Source of the DNA: Ginglymostoma cirratum
Lineage: Eukaryota
Reading direction: 5' to 3'
Assembly: GCA_024137785.1 (NCBI GenBank)
Contig: JAHRHZ010000266.1
Coordinates: 62,001-126,000, forward strand
Length of the DNA stretch: 64,000 nt
Notes under the pieces: model-generated
Database searches by the model: none
Told to the model about the DNA's origin: nothing
What the model saw: only the letters and a program-made list of their open reading frames with translations
Made by a program: the position numbers and the translations under genes
Part shown: positions 13,315 through 26,804 of the stretch, piece after piece
Position numbering within the stretch: position 1 is the stretch's first letter
How the letters are laid out: every line of letters starts with the position of its first letter

Positions 13315-13920
13315 AACACAGAACATAGAACAGCACAGCATAGTAGAGGCCGTTCAGCCCACGATGTTGTGCTGACCTATTGCCGACATACTCAGGTTAA
13401 TCTACCCTGCATATCCTACATTTTACTATCCTCCACGTGCCTACCCAAGAGTTGTTTAAAAGTATCTAAAGTATCTGACTCCACTACCACTGCCAGCAGC
13501 ACATTTCACATACCCACCATTCTCTGTGTGAAGAACCTACCTCTGGACATCTCCCCTATACCTTCCTCCAATCACCTTAAAATTATGCCCTCTCGCAATG
13601 GACATTTCCAAAATGGGAAAAAGTCTCTGACTATCCACTGTATCTATGCCGCTCATCATCTTGTAAACCTCTATCAAGTCACCTCTCACTCTGCTTCACT
13701 CCAATGAAAAAATCCCTAGCTCCCTCAGCCTTTCCTCATAAGACCTGTCTTCCAGTTCAGGCAGCATCCTGGTAAATTTCCTCTGCACCCTCTCTGAAGC
13801 GTCCACATCTTTCCTGAAATGAGGTGATAAGAACTGAACAAAATATTCCAAGTGTGACCTAACCAAAGTTTTATAGAGCTGCAGCATAACCTCACAGCTC
13901 TTAAACTCAGTTCCCCTGCC
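13315..13920 (-). mobile_element. CR1 3' fragment
   Basis: LYKTLVRSHLEYFVQF...FTRMLP peptide and CR1-type 3' tail. Confidence 0.85.
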
Positions 13921-14064
13921 ACATATACTTGGAAATATATTCTCACTCCTTCACTGTCATCGGGTCAATATCTTGGAATTCCCTCCCTAAAGAGGTCAAC
14001 AATAGATTGGCAATGAATGATGGCCAGCCGGTGACACAAATGTCTCATGAATTAATAAAAACAA

Positions 14065-14950
14065 ACTCCCTGCCCCTTACCTCAAATTAATGCCCCTTAG
14101 TCACTGATCACTCCATCAGGGGGAAAAGATTTTCACGTCAAACTTACCTATGCCCCTCAGAGTTTTATCTATCTCAGTCATGTCCCCTCTCAACTTCCTC
14201 TTCCCGAAGGAAAACAGACTATCCAATCTCTCTTCATAATTGAAACTCTCCAACCCAGGCAATATCCTGGCAATCCTCCTCTGTGCCCTCTCCATATCTC
14301 TCCTATGATTTGGATTCCTGAACTGCACACAATTCTCCAGCTCCGGTTTCACCAATTTTTCATGCAGTTCCAGCATAACCTTCCTGCTCCTACTTAAACG
14401 CTTTGTTTCAACTAAAACAGGCAAGTATCCCATATGGCAATTTAACCTGGACTCGAACTGATATTTCCTTGCTTTTCTACTCTATGTTCTCGTCAATAAA
14501 AATAAACATCCCTTTAGCCTTTTTGAATCCATTTCAACTAATCCGCCAAGCTCAAAGACTTGTCAATGTGCACTTCGACCACCTTTCTGTTACTGTAACC
14601 ATTCTAAAATTATACCATTATTTCGCCTCTCTTCGTTCTTCCCATCATGATCTGTCAATTCACACTTCCTTGCGTTAATTTCCATTTGTCTGGCCATTTC
14701 ACCAGACTATGTGCTCCAAAGCCTGCTAGCACCTTCCTCACTTTTCAGTTGTTTTTGAACTTTGTGGCATTTGCAAAAATTGAAATTTGACCTAATTCCA
14801 CAAGTGTAGATCGTTCACGTAGATCACGAAGAGAATTATATCAACAGCACCGCACACTTCCTTCCAGTCTGAAATACAACCGCGCACCACAGCTCTTTGC
14901 TTTCTGGCTCGAAACCAGTTTCAAAACCACACAACCACTAACTTTGAATC
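14065..14950 (-). mobile_element. Old CR1 fragment (predates the duplication; counterpart at about 62940-63830)
   Basis: LVKPELENCVQFRNP peptide is shared with 63035-63217. Confidence 0.75.
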
Positions 14951-15500
14951 TCATCAGGTTCAACTTAAAGAAGATACGTACATCATACTCAGCAGCAGGA
15001 GCAAGTCACATGCCCATCACTGACAATTCATTAAGATCACGACTGATCTGGTTTTGGGATAACAAGGGGTGGGGCTGGATGAACACAGCAGGCCAAGCAG
15101 CATCATAGGAGCAGGAAAGCTTGACGTTTGGGGCCGAGACCCTTCGTCGGTTTTGGCTCAGTTCCACCTTCCTCGCTTTTCCCCACAGCCTTCAATAAGG
15201 GCAAAGGGCAGTCGTCAAACAACATGTATTCGCACAGAGGCTGTAGAATTGATAGGCATTGGTGGAAGGGGAATACAGTCATTAGTTCACACAAGCAGCT
15301 GTAAGCATTTCATCCCTTGTGTTTTGTACCACCCAGGATCACAGGTCTCTCCGCAATGTACTACACCCCTCAGATGGCTGTTCTCGCCACATCCTGAGTT
15401 CCACACTCCGTTCTATGTGCTGAATTGTGCACACTCTTGACTTCTCTCTCCATCAGCACTGCTTCACGCTGGCTCAGAGCTGCCCTATGCCCCAGTTTCA

Positions 15501-18500
15501 ATAGAACACAGAACAATACAGCTCAGAACAGGCCCTTCGGCCCTCGATGTTGCGCCGACCTGTGAACTAATCTAAGCCCAACCCCCTACACTATCCCAGC
15601 GTCATCCATATGCTTACCCAAGGACTGTTTAAATGCCCCTAATGTGGCTGAGTTAACTACATTGGCAGGTAGGGCATTCCACGCCCTTACCACTCTCTGA
15701 GTAAAGAACCTGCCTCTGACATCTGTCTTAAATCTATCACCCCTCAATTTGCAGCTATGCCCCCTCGTATTAGCCGACGTCATCATCCTAGGAAAAAGGC
15801 TCTCACTGTCCACCCTATCTAATCCTCTGATCATTTTGTATGTCTCTATTAAATCCCCTCTTAGCCTTCTTCTCTCCAATGAGAACAGACCCAAGTCCCT
15901 CAGCCTTTCCTCATAAGACCTTTGCTCCAGACCAGGCAACATCCTGGTAAATCTCCTCTGCACCTTTTCCAATGCTTCCACATCCTTCCTGTAATGGGGA
16001 GACCAGAACTGTACACAATATTCCAAGTGAGGCCGCAGTAGCATTTTGTACAGTTACAGCATGACATCACGGCTCCGGAACTCAATCCCTCTACCAATGA
16101 GACCTAACACACCGTATGCCTTCTAAACAGTACTATCAACCTGGGTGGCAACTTTCAGGGATCTATGGACCTGGACACCANNNNNNNNNNTGCTTGGTCA
16201 CCTTCTCAAAAAACTCAATGAGGTTTGTGAGACACGACCTGCCCTTGACGAATCCATGTTGACTATCTCCAATCAAATTGTTGCGTGCTAGATGATTATA
16301 AATCCTATCTCTTATAATCCTTCCCAAAACCTTTCCTACAACAGATGTAAGGCTCACTGGTCTATAATTACCTGGGTCATCTCTACTGCCCTTCTTGAAC
16401 AAGGGCACAACATTTGCAATCCTCCAGTCATCTGGTACTAAACCTGTAGCCAATGACGACTCAAAGATCAAGGCCAAAGGCTCTGCCATCTCCTCCCTAG
16501 CTTCCCAGAGAATCCTTCGAAAAATCCCATGCGGCCCAGGGGATTTATCTACCTTCACACCTTCTAGGATTGATAACACCTCCTCCTTACTAACCTCAAT
16601 CCTTTCAAGTCTAATAGCCCGTATCTCAGTCTTCTCCTCTACAATATTCTCCTTTTTCCGAGTGAAAACAGAAGAGAAATATTTGTTTAGCACCTCTCCA
16701 ATCTCCACAGGGTCCACACACAACTTTCCACTTCTGTCTTTGACTGGCCCTATTCTTACCCTAGTCATCCTTTTATTCCCCACATACCTATAGAAAGCTT
16801 TAGGGTTCTCCTTAATTCTACCTGCTAATGACTGCTTATGTCCCCTCCTTGCTCTTCTTAACTCTCTCTTTAAATCCCTCCGAGCTAATCTGTAACTCTC
16901 CATCGCCTCATCTGAACCATCTCGTCTCAATGTCACATTAGCCTCCCTCTTCCGCTTAACAAGAGATACAATTTCTATTGTAAACCAAGGTTCCCTTACC
17001 TTATCACTTCCTCCCTGCCTGACAGGGACATACCTATCAAGGACACGCAATATCTGTTCCTTAAACCAGCTCCACATTTCGATTGTCCCCATCCCCTGCA
17101 TTTTGCTACCCCATTCTATCCCTCCTAAGTCTTGCCTAATCGCATTATAATTGCCTTTCCCCCATCTATAACTCTTGCCCAGTGGCATGCTCTTATCCCT
17201 TTCCATCGCTAAACTAAACGTAACCGAATTATGGTCACTCTCTCCAAAGTGCTCACCTACCACTAAATCAAACACCTGGCCTGGTTCATTACCAAGTACC
17301 AGATCCAGTGTGGCCTCCCCTCTTGACGGCCCTTTGACATACTGTGTCAGGAAACCGTCCTGCACACATTGGACAAAAACCGATCCATCCGACGTACTAG
17401 AGTTATAGCATTTCCAGTCAATTTTGGGGAAGTTAAAGTATCGCATAATGACCACCCTGTTCCTTTCACTCCTGCCCAGAATCATTTTGCCGATCATCTC
17501 CTCCACATCCCTGGAACTTTGCGGAGGCCTATAAAAAACTCCCAGCAGTGTGACCTCTCCTCTCCTGTTTCTGACCTCAGCCCATACCACCTCAGTAGAC
17601 GAGTCCTCGTCAAAAGTTCTTTCAGCCACCGTTATACTGTCCTTGACTAACAAAGCCACACCTCCCCCTCTTTTACCACCTTCCCTGATCTTTATGAAAG
17701 ATCTAAACCCTGGAACCTGCAACATCCATTCCTGACCCTGCTGTATCCACGTCTCCGAAATGGCCACAACATCGAAGTCCCACGTAGCTATCCATGCTGC
17801 AAGCTCACCTACTTTATTCCGGATACTCCTGGCGTTGAAGTAGACACACTTCAAACCAGCTTGCTGTCTGCCAGCACACTCCTGTGACGGTGAAATCCTG
17901 TCCATGTCCTCCCTACTCTCATCCTCCTGTGTACTGGAACTACACCACAGGTTCCCATGCCCCTGCTGAGCTAGTTTAAATCCACCCGAATAGCACTAGC
18001 AAATTTCCCACCCAGGATATTAGTACCCCTCTGGTTCAAGTGAAGACCATCCTGTTTGTAGAGGTCCCAGATTCCCCAGAATGAGCCCCAGCTATCCATA
18101 TACCTGAAACCCTCCCTCCTGCACCATCCCTGCAGCCACGTGTTCAGCTAATATCTCTCCCTGTTCTTTGCCTCGCTATCACGTGGCACGGGTAACAAAC
18201 CAGAGATAACAACTCTGGTTGTTCTAGCTCTCAGCTTCCACCCTAGCTCCCTGAAATCCTGCCTTATATCCCTATCCCTCTTTCTACCTATGTCATTGGT
18301 ACCTATGTAGACCACGACTTGGAGCTGGTCACCCTCTCCCTTCAGTACCCCAAAGACACGATCCGAGACTTCACGGACCCTGGCACCTGGGAGGCGACAC
18401 ACCAACCGTGAGTCTCTCTTGTTCCCGCAGAATCTCCTATCTGTCCCCCTAACAATGGAGTCCCCATTGACTAATGCTCTCCTCCTCTTCCCCCTTCCCT

Positions 18501-19288
18501 TCTGAGCAACAGGGACAGACTCTGCACCAGAGACCTGTACCCCATGGCTTACCCCTGGTCATCCCCCTCAACAGAATCCAAAATGGTATACCTGTTATTG
18601 AGGGGAACGGCCGCAGGGGATCCCCGCACTGTCTGCCTGTTCCCTTTCCGTCCCCTGACTGTAACCCATCTACTTTTTTCCTGTACCTGAGGTGTGACTA
18701 CCTCCCTGTAACTCCTCTTAATCACCCCCTCAGCCTCCTGAATGATCCGAAGTTCATCCAGCTCCAGCTCCAGTTCCCTAATGCGGTTTCCAAGGAGCTG
18801 GAGTTGGGTGCACTTCCCGCAGATGAAGTCAGCAGGGACACTAGTGGTGACCCTTACCTCCCACATCCTACAGGAGGACCATGCAACTGCCCTAACATCC
18901 ATTGCCATTGCTCTGAATTCTAAAAAACAGCCTATTGGAAAAAAATACTCGTAACTTACTAAATCGGCGCTCAGAACCTTTTTGGTTAGAGGAGGAGGAT
19001 GGGTGGGAGACACTATCTTAGTAGTGTTTCGAGTAAAGCAACCGCCCAAATATATTACCTCACTTACTCAACCGTCCCGTGATTGCTTCTGTTCGACGCG
19101 CACTCCGCGTCACGAGGTAAGTTTTTAAAAGGAGAAGCTTACTTTCCCAGGCTGCCCTCACGCCTCCTTCTAGACTCCCGCCACTGAAAGACTGAAAGGC
19201 CGCAGTCACGCGAGATAAGACCTTTACACTCCTGAAGCTTACTTTCCCAGGCTGCCCTCGCGCCTCCTTCCGGACTCCCGCCGCTGAA
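15501..19288 (-). mobile_element. Apparently full-length young CR1/HER1-type LINE (ORF1 zinc finger + SGNH esterase; ORF2 EN-RT with the middle lost in an N gap)
   Basis: ORF1 peptides SSCRMWE...FICGKCTQLQLL and VCRLPGARV...IGTND. Uninterrupted 580-aa EN-RT ORF at 16163-17905, a 10-N gap at 16181-16190 and a duplicated unit of about 54 bp at the 5' end (19135-19288). Confidence 0.95.
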
Positions 19289-19535
19289 TATGCCTATCTA
19301 ATAGCCGCTTAAATGCCCCTAATGAGGACGACTCCACTATCCTCTCCAGCAATGCATTCCGCGCCCCTACCACTCTCTGAGTAAAGAACCTACCTCTGAC
19401 ATCTCCCCTATATCTACCTCCATTCACTTTTCAACAATGCCCCCTCGTAATAGTTACTTCCACCCTAGGACAAAGCCTTTGGCTGTCCACTCTATCTATA
19501 CCTCTGAGCATTTTGCACACCTCTGTCAAGTCAAA
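19289..19535 (-). mobile_element. CR1 3' fragment
   Basis: GRFFTQRVVGARNAL peptide. Confidence 0.8.
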
Positions 19536-19701
19536 TATTGCTGTTCACAAATTGGTTGTTGCATTTTCCATTACAAGAATTAAAAGAATTGCATTTATAT
19601 TGCATCTTTCTTGACATCAGGGCACTGCATAACTCTTTACATTAGATGAAAGTAGGTGAAAATAGTTTGGTTAAATGAGTTAACAGGAGAGTTGGATTCA
19701 C

Positions 19702-19745
19702 CTGCATAGTTAATAAGAGTATAGACATTGAGCACAGCAGTAACA
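19702..19745 (-). CDS. Putative cytoplasmic exon 2 with Tyr motif NVYTLI
   Basis: Acceptor ctttttctgcgtactttag, donor CAG|GTGAAT, 44 bp, phase 2 to phase 1. This restores frame between 23953-23992 and 8636-8689. Reads (S)VTAVLNVYTLINYA. Confidence 0.5.
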
Positions 19746-21264
19746 CTAAAGTACGCAGAAAAAGCTGAGTATTATTTAAATGGAGAACAAGTGCAGAAGT
19801 GAGGTGCAGTGGGAGTTATGTCACAAAAAGTTGGAACAGTGGTACACCATGTAATCAGGAAAGTTTACAAAATGTTATTCCGAATAAAAGAGGAATTGGA
19901 TACACGTGTAAAAAGTATTTTGCTTCAGTTTGCAGGGCATTTTCTGAGACCACATCTCAAATACTTCAGTTAATGAATGATATTGAATATAGAATATCCT
20001 CTATTGTCACATAGTGCTGCACAATGTTGTGCTGGTTCAGAAGAGGTTTACTAGATTGATAAGCAGGTTATCTGATGAGGGGAGGGTGGGCCGGCTGGGT
20101 TTGTTTGCCGTGCAGATTAGAAGAGTGAGGGTCTGCCATACTGTAAATTTCACAACTTTAATAACCATTTAGGGATTGAAAGAATCAACAATTACCCTTT
20201 CTGGAACAAAGTGGTCCTGAGATGAAAGGAACAAGGAGAAACTGTTTTCAAAGAATTAAAAGCAACATGCCAAGTCGCCATTCCTGGAAGGAGTCAAAAC
20301 AACATAAACAAGCTGTTTCCTGCTTGTGCTAAGAAGACAAGCTACAGATTTGTTGACTCCAGAAGAGAAATCAATGTTGTGGATGAATAGGCCTGAAGGA
20401 TCATCAGTAATGTTACATCAGAAACTTCACATGACATAAAATCCCATAAGAATTCAACTTCAGGATTTTTCAGTGGCAAAATTCCAGAGAACAACGCAGA
20501 ACAAGAATCAAACCTTGGACATCCAGAGACAGACACTATTGATTAGAAACGTGGCCAAATTAGTTGGGTTATAGCTAAGCTCTACACCTTGTTATCTTGG
20601 GTTATAGCTAAGTTGAGTTGTGAGGCTTAACTTGCTTATGTGATGGGTCTTATTACAAGAATGTTGCCAGGATTGGAGGGTTTGCGTTATCGGGAGAGAG
20701 TGATCAGGCTGTGGCTTTTTCCCTGTCAGAGGCTGAGGACTGAAATTAGAGAAATTTATAAAATCATGACAGACATGGAAAAGGTGAATAGCCAAGGCCT
20801 TTACCCAGCGTAGTGGGTGTCTCTGGCAAGGCCAGCATCTGTTGCACATCCCTCATTGCCCTTGAACTGAGAGTCTTGCTTGGCCATTTTAGAGGGCAGT
20901 TCAGAGTCAGACACATTGCATTCAACCTGTTCTAAAAGGACACAACTAAGTTTGAAATGGGGATCTGAAGTCACCAGTAGATTCATTAGTGAACTGGAAT
21001 TTTTTTACAATAATTGACAATTGTTCAGATGGTCGTGTAAGACAAGGTTCCAATTGCAAATTTATTATTCAAATGCAAATTGCACAAGTTGCCATGGTGA
21101 GAATTGAACCCTTCTCCCTAGAGTATGAATTTAATCCTCTGGTTTACTTCAACAGCCCAGCTACTGGGAGTCATTTGGGATGCATGACACCCAACTGGAC
21201 TCTTTTCCTTGACTCATATAGAAGCAGCACACAGACAGGCTGTGACAACTTGAGACTGCAAGGA

Positions 21265-21715
21265 AAAAGGGTTTCAGATATGGATAGAAGACTGGGACTT
21301 TTTTTCACTGGAGCTAAGGAGGTTAAGGGTTGACTTTATAGAGGTTTATAAAATCATGAGGGATAATGTTAAAATGAATGGCAGCTGTCTTTTCACTAGG
21401 TTGGGTGATTTCAAGACTAGGGGCATATTTTTAAGGTGAGAGGAGAAAGATTTTAAAAAGATACGAGGAGCAATTTCTTTTTATATCGAGAGTGTTTCAT
21501 ATGTGGAATGAACTTCCAGAGAATGTGGTGGAAGTAGAAACAGTTACAACGTCTAAAAAACATTTGGATAAGTGCACGAATAACAAATGTTTGGAGGGAT
21601 ATGGGCCAAGCACAGGCAGGTGTGACTAGTTTAGTTCTGCGATTAATGTCAGCATGGACTGGTTGGACTGAAGGGTCTGTTTCCTTGCTTTATGGCTCTC
21701 TGGCTCTATGATTAT
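21265..21715 (+). mobile_element. CR1 3' fragment
   Basis: Degenerate LGLFSL..RLRGDLIEVYKIM-type coding sequence and CR1 3' tail. Confidence 0.8.
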
Positions 21716-21957
21716 GACTGGGCATTGCCAGCCTTTCAGCCAGACAATTCAGGAAATCAGAAATGGTTATTGTCCAAGAATCCATTCAGAGTCAGTGACT
21801 GAGGAGAGGATTTTCACCTCCATTGCTAGGACAATAATCTAAAGAGCCTGATCATCGCCCTTAATACAAACACGTTGCTTTTCACTCGATTGCATTGAAT
21901 GGAATAAGAATTAAAAAACACATCTATCAAGGGGACAATCTGTGCAATCAGTGTGAA

Positions 21958-21990
21958 GGGTTAAGGTTAGGGTTAGGGTTAGGATTAGGG
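21958..21990 (+). repeat. Short interstitial (TTAGGG)n-like run
   Basis: gggttaaggttagggttagggttaggattaggg. Confidence 0.7.
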
Positions 21991-22264
21991 ATAGTTTTAG
22001 AACAATGCAGACTCAATGAGCCAAAGGGCCTTATTCTGTGCTGTAGAATTCTATAACTCAGTGTAAAAGTCTGCCCCTGAATATCTATCCAGGAACCCCA
22101 CAGTCTTGATGCTTCACACTCTCTCTGTTACAGTGTGGAAAATGGACATTAATTGGTCAGTTAAAGTATAATCAGTACCTGGAGCAGGCGGCTGCTGGGC
22201 ATTATCAGTCCTGGGAATGCTGGACAAACCTGGTTCATTCCTGAAAAACACACAAAGGAACATT

Positions 22265-22958
22265 GTTTTGTAGAGCACCTGTGCTCATTTCGCGACAAAC
22301 GACAACACCTTCCAATTGCAAACCACTTCAACTCCCCCTCCCACTCCCTGGATGACATGTCCATCCTGGGCATCCTTCAGTGTCACAACAATGCCACCCG
22401 GAAACTGGAGGAGCAGCACCTCATATTCCGCTTTGGGTGCCTACAACCCAATGGTCTCAATGTGGACTTTACTTGCTTCAAAATCTCGCCACCCCCCCGG
22501 CCTCATCCCAAGACCAACTCTCCTTCTCATCTCCACCACCTTGACGTGTCCATCTTCTTTCCCACCTATCCGCTCCTCCCACCTCACTGACCAATCCCCA
22601 CCACTGCCTGCCTGCTCTCAAATATCGCCATCCCACCTACCATCCCCAGCCCCTCTTATCCCTGCCTCACTGACCTATCCGTCTTCTCTCCCACTATCCG
22701 TTCCTCTCACTTCACTGGCCAATCCCCACCACTACGTACCTGCACTCACCTATCATCTTCCCACCTACCTTCCCCAGCCCAACACACCCTCTCTCTATTT
22801 ATTTCAGAGCCCCCTTCCCCTCCCACATTCCTGAAGAAGGGTCCCAAACCGAAACATCAGCTTTCCTGCTCCTCTGATGCTGCCTGACCTGCTGTGTTCC
22901 TCCAGCTCCACACTGTGTTATCTCAGACTCCAGCATCAGCAGTTCTTACCATCTCCAA
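22265..22958 (+). mobile_element. Penelope-like element 3' fragment (end of GIY-YIG + terminal repeat)
   Basis: HFNSPSH and RKLEEQHLIFRFGCLQPNGLNVDF peptides, a C-rich tract and a ctgaaga...gaaac terminal motif. Confidence 0.85.
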
Positions 22959-23952
22959 GGAACATAAATATTCTGGGGAAACTAATTGCATTCTTCCAGG
23001 CCACTATCAGGTGTATTCTGACCATAGATTAATCTCCTGCACTGGTTATAGACAGAACAGATTCCTAAGGGTGATATACACAGCTAATCCATTGAACCTT
23101 GTCAGAAATCCCAGATGTTCGGATTTAGACACAATCAGAAATGTCACCCTTGAATAACTCGTCACCAGAAACAGTCTTGGTTTGGCACCACAATGTGGCC
23201 GGCATCCATGGAATCCAAGGAGTTGTCAGCAGCTGTAACATGGAAGGGCCGCAGAAACTGTCGGGAATCACAGTGACTGATTATTCCAGGAAGTTCTGGG
23301 TCAGCTTTGAACAAGCAGTTACAGGGCAGGGAGGGAGGGTATTGGAGATGACAGGAAAATTCCTGCAGGTATTCTCAGCTGCTGTAACTTTGGAGGATGT
23401 TACAGGACTTGGAAAGCTTGGAAAGTGGACAAAGATCAGGAAACCACACGCTCACCCAATGGACATTCAGCTGTTTCAACAGCAAGGGGGAAAATAATAG
23501 GATTCACAAAAACCTCCATGTTATACTCAGCAGTCAATGCAAGTGATAACATTTAAATCTTTCCCACCATAGAACATTCATTACAACTCAAGGTATACAC
23601 TGTGCTAAAAATTAGCAACAGTTTAGTTTTATATCAGGGTAAATTGCAGGTTCATTTGGGGAAGGAAGATCGCAGGCAAATCTGGAGCTGGAGATTCACA
23701 AAGAGATGGAAATTGACAAATTCTGCTCAGGAACGATTCACCTGTCCTTGACGTCTCTGACTACTGAGATCACCCGACCGCACTGAGTGACTATCTCTGA
23801 CTAAGTGATCAAGTGCTCTCTTAAAAGCACAAACCACATTAGCAGCTCATCAGCAGGGGGCTGCATTCTGTCTGCGAATAAGAGGTGTTCAATTCACCTC
23901 TGAACCACAGCATTTTTACCACCATGCTTGTATCAATCGCTAATTACACTAC

Positions 23953-23992
23953 CTCTTCGAAAGTGAGGTCTTTTCGATTTGCTGAGAACCCC
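23953..23992 (-). CDS. Putative cytoplasmic exon 1
   Basis: Strong acceptor ctcttttttgtctctttag, 40 bp, phase 1 to phase 2, reading (G)GSQQIEKTSLSK. The donor GTAGTG is only moderate. Confidence 0.5.
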
Positions 23993-26355
23993 CTAAAGAG
24001 ACAAAAAAGAGAGTAAATATTTTATTAGATTATGAACAGGTTTGCCACATTGTCTCCGCAGTTGGCAGTGTCTCAAGTGAGCAGTCCCTTGTTAATAGTG
24101 TATACATTTCGCAAAATTAGATACAGAAATCTCTAGAATCTTATCTAATACCGAAAACTTTACTCAAGAGTGAGCTCTATAGCTCAGTCCAATACCAATA
24201 ATCGACCAAGTCAGATTAGAGTGTTTTAGAACAATCAGTGGGGACAAGGGTTCAAATGTAGGAGGACGTGTTAAGACAAAGAGCAGAGACAATGTAGGAG
24301 AGATCGGTATTAACATTGTTGTGATCCCAGTTGATATTATTATTTGATAGATCATATCTTGATGTGTTTTAATTTGTGATGAAATGGTGTCTCTCTGAAC
24401 GATGAGCGCACAATGCTGCAGATTTTGCTGTCACAACGAAACAGAAGTGCATTCATAAAAGAAATGAAGATAAAATGGAATAAAGAAAACAGTCTATTTA
24501 TGACAAAAATTCAAAAACTTTTAAACATTGAGTAGAAGTATAATCCCATTCCTGCCAAAACACTTCTTCTCAATGAAAAAAAACACTTTTATATCATACC
24601 TGGAACTCATTCCTGGTACAGTACTCAAGAACACACCTTATGCAATACTCAAAAAGATGAGTTGTTCGATAGTACGACCAGAGCCCCCGTTTCTAACACC
24701 TTGGTAGATTGAATTTTGATCATAAACTATGAACTAGCTGAAGTTCACTTGTAAATTAGTTGAAGGGAATCGTCAATAGACACAAGGACTGATATTTCAG
24801 GGGATATTTTACAAATATGTGTTTGATACATTCCAAAAAGGAGGAGAAATTCCAAGGAGCAGTACCTGCCATTTGTAGTTAACTGAATAAAATTAGTGAC
24901 AGTATCAAACTGGAAGAAAGATCAAATAATTACACAAAGTAAAGGAGCAAGTGAGAAGATTGGACAGAATATAAAATAAAAATAACACACAATGACTAGA
25001 AGATTAATAAGGAGGGAAAAATTACCTGACAGGGAAAAGTTAGGCAGAAATAGAAGAGTGGATAGTCAGAGTTTCTCTAGAGATTTTGAGGATTTGTTAG
25101 CTCAGTTAGCTGAACAACTAGTTTGTGAACGAGAGTGGTGCCAACACTACAGGTTCAATTCCCACATCAGCTGAGCTAACTATAAACGTCCCTCCTTTAA
25201 CCTCGCCCTTTACTTGACATAAGGTGACTATTAGGTTAAACACAGCACCAGCCATCTCTTTCTCTGATCATAGAAAAACCCTATGATCCTCTGGGAACAT
25301 GGCAACCTTAGATTTAAATATTTTTAAAACAACATGAGCTTGGTTAGTGTGGAAAGTGAGCATGCAGAATTAATCATGGAAATGGAAGATGAATTAAACA
25401 GATATTTTACGTCAGTCTTCAGGATAGAGGATGCAAATAACATTCCAGAAGCACTATAATGGAAAGGAGGAGGAACTCAAAAAAATTATCACCAGAGAAG
25501 TGTTCCTGAGTAAATCATTGAAGCTGTGGGCTGACAGCTTCTCAGGTCCGTAATGGACTTCATCTTAGGGTCTTTAAAGTTTAGCAGCTGGGAATGTAGA
25601 ACAACTGGTTTAAATTTCCCAAAATTTCCTAGTTTCAGGGGAGGCCACACTAAGTGCAAAAATACTGAATATAACTCCTGTGATCAAAAAGAGATTGCAT
25701 TATCGATTTGATCAGCCACAGTAAAGCGAGGTCACAAGGGCAGCCCCAAAGCAGATAAATGCATACACATTGAACTCAGTACTCAGTACACAGGAATCCA
25801 TATTACCATTCCGACCCAAGAGACAGCTTTGTTACCCAGCCTCTCTGAGCTGTCATTTGCCTTTATGCAGTAAACTCTCCAAATCCATTTTAACAATAAA
25901 AAACAGAAAAGGTAATTGTTTTGAATAGCAGCTTCCTTTCTCTTCTGTTGAGATTCTGTACTGAGTAGGAATGAATGGAAAAGGTGTTTTCTGTTTGGGA
26001 TTCAGACAACTGAAAAGACATTTTGGCGCATTGAGATTCAACAGTAATGGGGAGAACAATGCGGATCCATCCATCAGAGTTCAATAGAATGGTTATGAAT
26101 GGCCTTGCTAGTTAAACAGCCACAAAGTTAAATCACTCATAAGAAAGCTCAAACAGGAGACAGACGTCAGAGAGTGGCTGATGCTATCAAACAGGCCACC
26201 TTCACCCACCTATTAAAGACAAAGCCAGTGTTTTCAGAGAATGTATTGAAGAGGAGAGTGTCGGTGAGGGAAATTTAACCCAGGGTCATTGTTTGTTGCT
26301 GTTTCAAGCACAGAAACATATTGTTTTATTAAATCTCATTCTCTACAGAACCCAC

Positions 26356-26466
26356 CTCCTTTCTTCCTGAAGATAATGAAGATGATGACAATGATGAAGA
26401 TGATGAGCAGGAGGGCAAGCAATGGGATGACCAGCAGATATACAGTGGGGAACTCAGTCCTCTTGG
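26356..26466 (-). CDS. Transmembrane exon of the Ig receptor (uncharged TM)
   Basis: 111-bp phase-1/1 exon, acceptor atttttacag, donor GTGGGT. Reads (A)KRTEFPTVYLLVIPLLALLLIIFIIVIIFIIFRKKG: a long hydrophobic run followed by the basic stop-transfer RKK, in frame with V2b. Confidence 0.85.
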
Positions 26467-26804
26467 CTGTAAAAATAGCAAGAACGTTGGTCAGTAACAT
26501 CTCAATCTTGCTGCAGCGAAACTTGCAGCAGTGCTGCAGAGCATGAGATTAAATGAACAAAAGGGACAGTCTTTGATGGAGCAAAACAGTTAGTCCCTCT
26601 CCCCTAGCATTCCTATAACCAAGTAACTTGCTCCTTTCCAAATACTTACCCACTTGTATTCTGAAGGATCCCCCAACTGAGTCTGGTTCCACCACCCTTT
26701 CAGGCAGTGCATTACAGATCAGAACAATTTCTGAAGGAGGCAGCTGCTTAACTCTGTGACACCTTCCTCAGGATTCCCACACCCCAGATGTTGTTGTGAA
26801 GGAA

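Noticed and set aside
20220-20550. Purine-rich coding-like stretch on the plus strand
   Set aside because: Stops occur in the frames examined and there is no recognisable motif or splice context.
21958-21990. Telomere or chromosome fusion scar
   Set aside because: Only about 5 degenerate units in one orientation.
23742-23796. Additional cytoplasmic exon ending CAG|GTGAAT
   Set aside because: The acceptors are weak or give in-frame stops, and a phase-0 exit does not fit the downstream exons found.
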